Shown piece after piece: positions 19,967 to 27,232 of a stretch of 56,890 nucleotides of DNA. Below the pieces are notes generated by a model that saw only the letters and a program-made list of their open reading frames with translations, was not told the DNA's origin and ran no database searches. The DNA lies in the NCBI GenBank assembly GCA_015231925.1, contig JADGAQ010000005.1, forward strand, positions 1 through 56,890, in the 5' to 3' direction. Made by a program: the position numbers and the translations under genes. How positions within the stretch are numbered: the stretch's first letter is position 1; the number at the start of each line of letters is the position of its first letter. Source of the DNA: Magnetococcales bacterium (GTDB lineage Bacteria; Pseudomonadota; Magnetococcia; Magnetococcales; JADGAQ01).

Positions 19967-20100
19967 AGTGAACGAGCCCGAACACCGAGCCGAGACAAGG
20001 GGGAAACAGGTGAGAGAATCTGGAATGGAGAAGGAGCGGTACCGGAAAAGCCGGACTGGACCCCGCCGTCAAGACGGTTTCGGCGGAATGGCAACGGGGA

Positions 20101-20191
20101 TGGCGGAGAGAGAGGGATTCGAACCCTCGGTACCCGGTTAGGATACACACGCTTTCCAGGCGTGCACCTTCAACCGCTCGGTCATCTCTCC
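20101..20191 (-). tRNA. tRNA-Ser (anticodon GGA)
   Basis: Minus strand GGAGAGATGACCGAGCGGTTGAAGGTGCACGC-CTGGAAA-GCGTG-(long variable arm)-CGAGGGTTCGAATCCCTCTCTCTCCGCCA. 7-bp acceptor, encoded CCA, class II variable arm. Confidence 0.92.
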
Positions 20192-20233
20192 GTACCCGTT
20201 ACATGCCATCATCGACGGCATCCAGCTATTAGA

Positions 20234-20644
20234 TCAGGATTGGCGGCGATTCTCAAAGAAAAATCGCATGCAGGCCCCACACCAGTGGGCCAATTCGACT
20301 CCGCAGGCCTCCACGGGTTCCGAATCTCCGGGGAAACGGACCGTTTCGACCCGGCTCAAGGTCAACGCTGCAGCACAGAGCGGGCACGGTTGGGTGGTGA
20401 CCGTCACCTGCGCCCCACCCAGTCGGTAATTGCCGACCCGTGTCGCCGTGCGTCGTAACAGTGCCACTTCGGCATGCCCCAGGGGGTCGTGTTCGCCACG
20501 GCTGACATTGGCCCCGGAGGCCAGGCAGCGGCCCCAGGGATCACGCAAAATCGCCCCGACCGGAACTTCTTCCCGCTGGTTTCCTTCCAAAGCGCAGCTC
20601 AAGGCCAGGAGCAGATCCCCGGATCCGGGAGCCAGCCAGTTCAA
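20234..20644 (-). CDS. tadA: tRNA-specific adenosine deaminase-like CMP/dCMP-type deaminase
   Basis: 136 aa. HAE zinc motif (GHAEVALL) and PCPLCAAAL. TTG start overlapping (TTGA) the stop of the upstream gene. Short for TadA, so the exact substrate is uncertain. Confidence 0.7.
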   Translation of the reverse strand: MNWLAPGSGDLLLALSCALEGNQREEVPVGAILRDPWGRCLASGANVSRGEHDPLGHAEVALLRRTATRVGNYRLGGAQVTVTTQPCPLCAAALTLSRVETVRFPGDSEPVEACGVELAHWCGACMRFFFENRRQS

Positions 20645-21420
20645 CGCTTGGCCTTGCCAGGTGGGGGCGATTTTTCGTCCAGGGTCTCCACCGTGACCCC
20701 GACGCGGGGAAGCACCACGTTCCCCTCGCGAACCTCGGTAGCGGATTCCGCCCGCTCCTCCCGACTGCTGCCGGGGAGCAGTTCGTCGCCATCTTCGCTG
20801 GGGGGCGGGCCTTCCGGTTTGCCCGGTGCAGTGCGCGTGGGAACCTCTCCGGTGCGCAGGGCCTCGCCGATGAAGGAGATGTCAAAGCGTGGGTGATCCC
20901 AGGCGGTCTGACTCACGTCCCGGGAAAAGAGCCAACCTTCATGAAGCATCTCTCCGGTCTGATCCCGCATGATGACCCAGACCGCGGGATTGACATGGCC
21001 CTCCCTTCCCCGCAACGCCATGCCGTCACCGATCAACAGGCTGGGCTCGAAAGCCGTTGCCTCCAGGGTACCTCCCCAGGGGGCCGCGACTTCTTGAGAA
21101 ATGCCGATTTCGATGGTATTGACCTGAAGGGTGCGCTTGTCCAGCACCAGGAACCGCAATTTGGCCCCTTTGTTGCGGGCGGCCATGTCCGGCGTCGGCA
21201 CGGCCTGGAAGCGCTCCGCATGGGGAGCCAGCGGCAGACGGGGGATGCCCTCCGTCGGTTCGTTGCCGCTCTCCTGGCCGACGGCGACTTCCACACGGCG
21301 TTTTGTGGGTTCTTCGAAGCAACCCTGCAGGCCCAACAGGGCGAGAGCGGTCACCAACAGACGCGGCCCGCGCCATGGCAACCCCTTGTTCGCAGGGAAG
21401 TCTCCCTCAAGGCCTACCAT
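20641..21420 (-). CDS. Lipoprotein with DUF2155-like C-terminal domain
   Basis: Start set at the ATG at 21420 (MVGLEGD...), giving the lipobox LLVTALALLGLQGC. The track ORF runs on through the tRNA-Ser gene. The C-terminal part (LDKRTLQV...GWLFSRDVSQTAWDHPRFDISF) resembles DUF2155 as I remember it. Confidence 0.6.
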   Translation of the reverse strand: MVGLEGDFPANKGLPWRGPRLLVTALALLGLQGCFEEPTKRRVEVAVGQESGNEPTEGIPRLPLAPHAERFQAVPTPDMAARNKGAKLRFLVLDKRTLQVNTIEIGISQEVAAPWGGTLEATAFEPSLLIGDGMALRGREGHVNPAVWVIMRDQTGEMLHEGWLFSRDVSQTAWDHPRFDISFIGEALRTGEVPTRTAPGKPEGPPPSEDGDELLPGSSREERAESATEVREGNVVLPRVGVTVETLDEKSPPPGKAKR

Positions 21421-21593
21421 GCACTCAGGCTCCTCGCGGCAACGATGTCCATATCCGGTATGGTGGAGTGTGGAAACGGAGCAGGAGTCCGCTATGAAAC
21501 GACTTCCGGATCGATACGTCCGGATCCCCCCCCACCGGTCTGCCGGCGGGATTCGAAGCGGCAATCCGGAACCCGGGGACCGTGAGGAAGGGG

Positions 21594-21683
21594 TGGCGGA
21601 GAGAGAGGGATTCGAACCCTCGATACCCTTACGGATATAACACCTTAGCAGGGTGCCGCCTTCGGCCACTCGGCCATCTCTCC
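21594..21683 (-). tRNA. tRNA-Ser (anticodon GCU)
   Basis: Minus strand GGAGAGATGGCCGAGTGGCCGAAGGCGGCACC-CTGCTAA-GGTGT-(long variable arm)-CGAGGGTTCGAATCCCTCTCTCTCCGCCA. Confidence 0.92.
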
Positions 21684-21788
21684 AAACCTGCATCGCCTAG
21701 ATTGAACGAGGGGGGTGGGATGTGTCAAGGAGCAGAATCCCCTTTCATCCCCCACTGCAAATTTCTCTTGCCTTTAGCGACAGGATCC

Positions 21789-21817
21789 TTGACAAGCTTC
21801 CGGCCATGCAGTAAGAA
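21789..21817 (+). promoter_or_regulatory. Candidate sigma70-type promoter for the tRNA-Ile/tRNA-Ala pair
   Basis: TTGACA (21789-21794), 17-nt spacer, TAAGAA (21812-21817). About 25 nt upstream of the tRNA-Ile 5' end. Confidence 0.45.
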
Positions 21818-21841
21818 ATGACGCCTTCGCAGCGGCTGTAC

Positions 21842-21918
21842 GGGCCTATAGCTCAGATGGTTAGAGCACACGCCTGATAAGCGTGAGGTCAGTGGTTCGA
21901 GTCCACTTAGGCCCACCA
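21842..21918 (+). tRNA. tRNA-Ile (anticodon GAU)
   Basis: GGGCCTATAGCTCAGATGGTTAGAGCACACGC-CTGATAA-GCGTGAGGTCAGTGGTTCGAGTCCACTTAGGCCCACCA. Confidence 0.93.
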
Positions 21919-21947
21919 CCGTTCAGCTTTCCGGGGTCCCGATTCAG

Positions 21948-22023
21948 GGGGGTGTAGCTCAGCTGGGAGAGCACCTGCTTTGCAAGCAGGGGGTCATCGG
22001 TTCGAGTCCGTTCACCTCCACCA
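21948..22023 (+). tRNA. tRNA-Ala (anticodon UGC)
   Basis: GGGGGTGTAGCTCAGCTGGGAGAGCACCTGC-TTTGCAA-GCAGGGGGTCATCGGTTCGAGTCCGTTCACCTCCACCA. The G3:U70 alanine identity pair is present. Confidence 0.93.
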
Positions 22024-22133
22024 AATCCTCCTTCCAAGCGTCCCCAAAAGCCTTCAAATCGGTCAAAACAGCCTGATTTGCAAGGCTTTTTCTTTGCAAC
22101 CACCTTTCAGAAGCTTTCATAAGGTTCCGTGGA

Positions 22134-22167
22134 ATGCCAACAAATTTGTTGGTATATTCGTTGGCAT
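22134..22167 (+). promoter_or_regulatory. Nested inverted repeats (candidate operator) overlapping a possible -10 upstream of the outer-membrane protein gene
   Basis: ATGCCAAC-AAATTT-GTTGG-TATATTC-GTTGGCAT. Contains a perfect 16-bp palindrome CCAACAAATTTGTTGG (22137-22152) and an outer 8-bp inverted repeat ATGCCAAC/GTTGGCAT. TATATT at 22153-22158 could be a -10. Confidence 0.4.
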
Positions 22168-22319
22168 GTCGATCCGGAGAGGATGGGATCCCGACAATGG
22201 GGTAGGCCATCCGTACCGGCACGGCCAGGGGCCCGCCCTTCACCCCGGTCAGGATTTCACCCGGCATGAAGCCGATTTCTGCCGGAAAGCGGACTTTCAG
22301 GCGCATCGTACACGAGAAT

Positions 22320-23636
22320 ATGGCTATTTCGATCCCTCACACCCCCAATCTGGCAGCTCTTGTCGTCCTCCTACCGCTGTTTTCCGGTGCTTCGGCTTAC
22401 GCCGAAGATAGCGGCCGCTGGCGGATCAACGGGTACGGCACCTTGGGTTTCAACGTGGACAACAGCCCCACGACCGCCTTTGTCCGCGATTTGAACCAAC
22501 GCCCCAAGGATTCACTACCGGACGACGGCGCCTGGTTCAGCAACGATGCCTGGCTGCGGGACTCCCGACTGGGTTTGCAAATAGGTTATCAGTTCACTCC
22601 GACGCTGTCCGCCATGACCCAACTGGTCTGGCGCGACCAGATCACCACGACATTCTCCCACTATGTGGACTGGGCCTATCTGGCCTACAAACCCAAGCCG
22701 GAAGCCGATATTCGCCTGGGACGCCTCGGCTACGACGTCTTTCTGATGTCGGAGCAGCGTCATCTCGGTTACGGCTATCCCTGGGCGCGTCCTCCGGTGG
22801 AGTTCTACGGCTGGATACCCCTTTACGCCGTGGACGGAGTCGATCTGGCCTATACCCTGGCCGGAAACCCGGAACGCTGGCGCTTCAAGACCCAGATCGG
22901 GCGCAGCATCGGCATCGGCATACCCATGGACGAGGAGGTCTACTCCCTCGAAAGTGATCGGCTGCTGACCGCCACCCTGACCCGCGAGTCAGGCCCCTGG
23001 CTGATCAAAGCCGGTTATTCGCATCTGAACATCCGCACCGAAGCCAAACCACTGGCCCCGCTTCATCCCGCTCTCGACGCGGTGGGCGAACTCGGTCTGC
23101 CGGGAGTGAGCGCGGAGGCGGCGAACTATCGCCGCAACATGCGTTTCAAGGACGCCGAAATGGCCTTCCGAACTCTCGGTATCAGTTACGACGACAAGGA
23201 GTGGCTCGTTCAGGCCGAAGCCGGAACCGTGACCTCTTCCATCGAGATGAATGTCAACAACGATATGGCCTATGCGGGTCTGTCCAGACGCCTGGGCGAC
23301 TGGACACCCTACCTGATGGTCGGAGCCATTCGTCCCCACGTCGACGTTTACACCGCTGCCGCCAACTGGGGAGAGGGCCTGCCTCCGGAGGTGGCGGAAG
23401 GATTGAACGGGCTGCAGAGTGCCGCCATCACCGCCCTCAACTCCAGCCGCATACATCAGGAGACCCTGACGCTGGGACTGCGCTGGGATTTCGACAGCCG
23501 CGCCGCCGTGAAATGGCAGTGGGACACCACCCATATCCACCCCAACAGTTACCTGCTGCGTCCCGGCTTCTTTATTGATCGCTCCCAGGATATGACTGTC
23601 CAGAGCTTCACCGTCAATCTGGATTTCATGTTCTGA
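22320..23636 (+). CDS. Outer-membrane beta-barrel (porin-like) protein
   Basis: Signal peptide MAISIPHTPNLAALVVLLPLFSGASAYA from the ATG at 22320 (an alternative ATG is at 22266). Alternating beta-strand-like pattern and C-terminal ...FTVNLDFMF ending in Phe. Confidence 0.7.
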   Translation: MAISIPHTPNLAALVVLLPLFSGASAYAEDSGRWRINGYGTLGFNVDNSPTTAFVRDLNQRPKDSLPDDGAWFSNDAWLRDSRLGLQIGYQFTPTLSAMTQLVWRDQITTTFSHYVDWAYLAYKPKPEADIRLGRLGYDVFLMSEQRHLGYGYPWARPPVEFYGWIPLYAVDGVDLAYTLAGNPERWRFKTQIGRSIGIGIPMDEEVYSLESDRLLTATLTRESGPWLIKAGYSHLNIRTEAKPLAPLHPALDAVGELGLPGVSAEAANYRRNMRFKDAEMAFRTLGISYDDKEWLVQAEAGTVTSSIEMNVNNDMAYAGLSRRLGDWTPYLMVGAIRPHVDVYTAAANWGEGLPPEVAEGLNGLQSAAITALNSSRIHQETLTLGLRWDFDSRAAVKWQWDTTHIHPNSYLLRPGFFIDRSQDMTVQSFTVNLDFMF

Positions 23637-23638
23637 AT

Positions 23639-24085
23639 ATGAACAATCTCCGACATCTCATCCCCTACCGGTTATTGATTCCGCTCATAGTCAGCTTTCC
23701 GCTCGGAATCCTGGAGGCCGGGGAGGTCGCGGTCGTCGTCAATGCCGAAAACAGCCTTTCCAGCCTGACCCCTTCCCAAGTCTCCGACCTGTTTCTGGGC
23801 CGTTCCACCACCTTTCCCGATGGCTCCTACGTCACCGTGATCGATCAATCCAGGGCCAGTCCGATCCGGCAGCATTTCTTCAAGGGGCTTAACGGTATGT
23901 CCCTGAATCAGGTCAACAGTTACTGGGCCCGCCTGACCTTCAGCGGTCGGGTGTTACCCCCGGAAACAGCCGAAGGGAGCCAGCAGGTTCTGAGGCGAAT
24001 TCGCGAAAACCGCATGGCCATCGGCTACCTGGACGCTGCCGACGCGGACGCCTCCGTCCGCATCGTCCTGCGCCTTAATTTGTAG
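23639..24085 (+). CDS. Small periplasmic PstS/PBP-like domain protein
   Basis: 148 aa with N-terminal hydrophobic signal. VAVVVNAENSLSSLTPSQVSDLFLGRSTTFPDG...MAIGYLD resembles the single-lobe phosphate-binding-protein-like family. Lies 2 nt after the barrel gene stop. Confidence 0.55.
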   Translation: MNNLRHLIPYRLLIPLIVSFPLGILEAGEVAVVVNAENSLSSLTPSQVSDLFLGRSTTFPDGSYVTVIDQSRASPIRQHFFKGLNGMSLNQVNSYWARLTFSGRVLPPETAEGSQQVLRRIRENRMAIGYLDAADADASVRIVLRLNL

Positions 24086-24478
24086 GTTTCCGCCACCCCC
24101 TCAGAGCGTTGCGCTCCTTTCACACCCCCACCTCCCCTCCTCACCACAAACCTGGCGGAGAGGAGGGTCTGCTCAATTATTGGTCGCTATGGGTGGAGAT
24201 ATTGACTTCGCCTGTGAAATCCGATAGCGTTGCTCCCCTTGTTTCGCTCATTCTGGCCGTTTATGGATCCGGAAGATCGAAGCCACCGGCAGAGGTCGGA
24301 CACACCTTCGAGACCTCTAACAGGTTGTTTGTTAAAGCGAAGCTGGTTGCAGGCAAGACCCCCGGTTCTGGTCGTTGCGGATCCCGGACCACCCGTCCCA
24401 GCCCGTTTTGCTCTAACCGATTACGCAGTGTCTCGTGTGTTCAGTCACATACGCGACCCGCCAACGACGAGGTTGGTC

Positions 24479-25243
24479 ATGAGTCAGATTTCTACGGTGG
24501 ATGCCTCCGGTTCCCTGGCAACCCTTCCCGCTACTTCCAAAGATTACCTGCCCTCTGTCAACATCCACCAGGATCTCCTGGTACCGCGATACCTCGAACA
24601 AACCTATTGGTGGGCCTATCTCCACCCGGTCGGGGTGCGCTTTTTCGAACGGCAGTGGATCGTCAACACCATTCTCTGGGGCAACTTCTCCCGGCTGCGC
24701 GACGCGGCCCTCGACGAACTGGGAGAATCCATCTCCGGGCGTACCCTGCAGGTCGCCTGTGTTTACGGGGATTTCACCCCCATGGTGGGTGCCCGCCTGG
24801 GCTCCGATGCCCATCTCGACGTGGTCGATGTCGCCCCGGTGCAGTTGGAAAACCTGACCCGCAAGATCGGCAGTCCCGACAATATCCGCCTGCACCACAT
24901 GGACTCCACCAACCTGCAGTTCCAGGAAGGCTCCTTCGACAATGTGGTGGTCTTCTTTCTGCTTCACGAACAACCCGCCGGTGCCCGAGCCCGCACCATT
25001 CAGGAAGCCTTGCGTGTGGTCAAACCGGGCGGCAAAGTGGTTTTCGTGGATTATCACGCCCCCTGGATCTTCAATCCTTTCCGTTATGCCATGATTCCCA
25101 TCCTGAGCCTGTTGGAACCCTTCGCCCTGGATCTGTGGAAACGGGAAATCCTGGATTGGGTTCCCAAAGCACTGGCGCCCTCCGAGCTGCGCAAGGAAAC
25201 CTACTTCGGAGGCCTCTATCAAAAAGTGGTCATGATACGGTAA
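24479..25243 (+). CDS. Class I methyltransferase-fold protein with atypical motif I, RquA-like (rhodoquinone biosynthesis candidate)
   Basis: 254 aa from the ATG at 24479. YLEQTYWWAYLHP..., with motif I reading LQVACVYGDF instead of the LDxGCGxG seen in the ubiG of this same window (ILDIGCGGG). Ends ...VKPGGKVVFVDY. The RquA assignment is from memory of that family's altered SAM motif. Confidence 0.5.
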   Translation: MSQISTVDASGSLATLPATSKDYLPSVNIHQDLLVPRYLEQTYWWAYLHPVGVRFFERQWIVNTILWGNFSRLRDAALDELGESISGRTLQVACVYGDFTPMVGARLGSDAHLDVVDVAPVQLENLTRKIGSPDNIRLHHMDSTNLQFQEGSFDNVVVFFLLHEQPAGARARTIQEALRVVKPGGKVVFVDYHAPWIFNPFRYAMIPILSLLEPFALDLWKREILDWVPKALAPSELRKETYFGGLYQKVVMIR

Positions 25244-25250
25244 CCAACCC

Positions 25251-26210
25251 ATGAAAACAGTGGTCGGCGTCACCATCGGCGAGGCAATTGGACGATACGG
25301 ATTCGGCGACCACCACCCCTTCGGCCCCCATCGCATGGGCGCCTTCTGGGATGAGGCGCAGCATCAGGGGCTGCACGCCCTGGTCACCGTACTGGATCCC
25401 CACATGGCCAGTCACGCCGATCTGGCCCTTTTCCACAGCGAGTCCCATATCGAGCGGGTACGGCAGAGTTCCCTCAAGGGCAGCGGCTATCTCGACGCGG
25501 GAGACACCCCCTCCTTCAAGGGCGTTTACGAAGCCGCCTCCTCGGTGGTCGGGTCGGTGCTGGATGTGATCGACCGCATGATGAAGGGCACCTTGCGGCG
25601 TGGTTTCGTGCCCATCGCCGGGTTGCACCACGCCCGTCCCGATCGTGCCGCCGGTTTCTGCGTATTCAACGACTGCGGAGTGGCCATCGCCGCCCTGAAA
25701 GCCCTGCACGGACTCAAAACCATCGCCTACGTCGATATCGACGCCCATCACGGCGACGGGGTCTTCTATCCGTTCGAAGCGGATCCGGATCTCATCTTCG
25801 CCGATCTGCACGAAGATGGTCGTTTTCTCTACCCCGGTACCGGTCATGCCCACGAAAGTGGCAAAGGGGCCGCTGCAGGGCGCAAACTGAATATCCCTCT
25901 GCCCCCCGGCTGTCGGGACGCCCAGTTTCGGGAGGCCTGGCCCCGGGTGGAAGAGCTGCTTCGCCAGCATCGCCCCGAATTCATCCTGTTGCAGTGCGGC
26001 GCCGATTCCATTTCGGGGGATCCCATCACCCACATGGAACTCAGCCCCGCCTCCCATGGCCATGCCGCCAAACGCCTTTGCGAACTGGCCGAGGAGTTCG
26101 GACATGGCCGGGTGCTTGCCGTTGGAGGCGGAGGGTACAACCCCGCCAACCTGGCCAAAGCCTGGTGCGCCGTTCTGGATGCTCTCTGCACCGTTCCTTC
26201 CCCCGACTGA
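25251..26210 (+). CDS. Histone deacetylase-family enzyme (AcuC/acetylpolyamine amidohydrolase-like)
   Basis: 319 aa. GLHHARPDRAAGFCVFND, VDIDAHHGDG and YPGTG motifs. Confidence 0.85.
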   Translation: MKTVVGVTIGEAIGRYGFGDHHPFGPHRMGAFWDEAQHQGLHALVTVLDPHMASHADLALFHSESHIERVRQSSLKGSGYLDAGDTPSFKGVYEAASSVVGSVLDVIDRMMKGTLRRGFVPIAGLHHARPDRAAGFCVFNDCGVAIAALKALHGLKTIAYVDIDAHHGDGVFYPFEADPDLIFADLHEDGRFLYPGTGHAHESGKGAAAGRKLNIPLPPGCRDAQFREAWPRVEELLRQHRPEFILLQCGADSISGDPITHMELSPASHGHAAKRLCELAEEFGHGRVLAVGGGGYNPANLAKAWCAVLDALCTVPSPD

Positions 26211-26224
26211 AGAAATCGACCGCC

Positions 26225-27043
26225 ATGGATGACAACGACAACGAGTTCCTTCCCCCGGGCTGCGTCGCCCTGGTCGGCGCGGGACCCGGAAACCCCGATC
26301 TGTTCACCCTGGGCGGGCTCAAATATCTGCAGGCCGCAGACGTGGTGGTCTACGACGCCCTGGTTTCCGAAGAGATTCTGGCACTGATCCCCGAACCCTG
26401 CGAGAAGATCTTTGCCGGCAAACGGGGCGGACGCCCCTCCCCCAGCCAGTCCGACATCTCGGAAACCCTGGTCAAACTGGCTGCCGGGAATAAACGGGTG
26501 GTGCGCCTGAAGGGCGGAGACCCCTTCATCTTCGGTCGCGGTGGCGAAGAGGCTTTGTACCTGGCCCGAAAAGGGGTGCCCTTTCGCATCATGCCCGGAC
26601 TCTCTTCGGGCATCGCGGGATTGGCCTATGCCGGGATCCCCGTCACCCATCGGGATTGCAACGCCAACCTCATGCTGATCACCGGTCACGAAGCCCCGGA
26701 AAATCTGGTCGGCATGGATCCCAACGACGCCACACGCCTCGACTGGGTGGGGATCGCCCGCTCCAGCCCGGTGATGGTGCTGTACATGGCCATGCAGTAT
26801 CTCGATCGGGTAACCCGTCGTCTGATGGAAGCGGGGCGCGACCCCAAAACCCCGGTAGCCATCGTGCGCTGGGCCACGACACCACGGCAGGAAACCCTGG
26901 TGACAACTTTGGAAAGGGCTGCGGAGGATGTGGAAAAAACGGGAATGGCCCCTCCGGCCATTATCGCCATCGGAGAGGTGGTGCGGCTGAGAGAGTCTCT
27001 GGCCTGGTTCCCGGACCGAACCCTGTTGCCCGATCCGGAATAA
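26225..27043 (+). CDS. cobA: Uroporphyrinogen-III C-methyltransferase (siroheme/cobalamin branch)
   Basis: 272 aa from the ATG at 26225. VALVGAGPGNPDLFTLGGLKYLQAADVVVYD and VVRLKGGDPFIFGRGGEE motifs. Confidence 0.9.
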   Translation: MDDNDNEFLPPGCVALVGAGPGNPDLFTLGGLKYLQAADVVVYDALVSEEILALIPEPCEKIFAGKRGGRPSPSQSDISETLVKLAAGNKRVVRLKGGDPFIFGRGGEEALYLARKGVPFRIMPGLSSGIAGLAYAGIPVTHRDCNANLMLITGHEAPENLVGMDPNDATRLDWVGIARSSPVMVLYMAMQYLDRVTRRLMEAGRDPKTPVAIVRWATTPRQETLVTTLERAAEDVEKTGMAPPAIIAIGEVVRLRESLAWFPDRTLLPDPE

Positions 27044-27045
27044 TG

Positions 27046-27226
27046 CCGTCTTATTCATAAATTTCGTCGCGAAACCGGCCAGGGAGCGTCAGGACAAGGC
27101 GCGCGACGCCCCGACGACCGGAACCGTGGCCGTTCCACGGTGAGGATCGTCGAGCGAGCGCAACGCCGTCATGGCGCGACCCTGGCCTGGTCCGGTTGCA
27201 GAGGAAATTTATGAATAAGACGGGAT
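27046..27226. mobile_element. MITE-like element, copy B (inverted relative to copy A)
   Basis: ccgtcttattcataaatttc ... gaaatttatgaataagacgggat terminal inverted repeats. The core gcgttgcgctcgctcgacgatcctcaccgtgg is shared with copy A (as reverse complement). Fills the whole spacer between the convergent cobA and amiC. Confidence 0.8.
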
Positions 27227-27232
27227 AATAAC

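Noticed and set aside
19303-20150. 281-aa and 115-aa minus-strand ORFs across the ffs-tRNA-Ser interval
   Set aside because: They read straight through the SRP RNA, the MITE and the tRNA-Ser gene. There is no motif and the composition is Arg/Ser/Pro-rich.
20641-21693. Full 350-aa version of the lipoprotein ORF, and similar N-terminal extensions of track ORFs at 24230, 25994, 29046, 41590, 44955 and 51318
   Set aside because: The extensions overlap a tRNA gene or upstream genes and lack sense. Internal ATG/GTG starts give proper signal peptides, conserved N-termini or SD sequences.
21700-22100. Possible rRNA operon fragment around tRNA-Ile/tRNA-Ala
   Set aside because: No 16S 3'-end (anti-SD CCTCCT context) or 23S 5' sequence is recognisable on either flank. 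A separate promoter-like element precedes the tRNAs.
21959-22306. 115-aa minus-strand ORF upstream of the porin-like gene
   Set aside because: Its 3' third overlaps tRNA-Ala on the opposite strand. There is no motif and no SD. The region is better explained as the promoter/leader with the palindromic operator.
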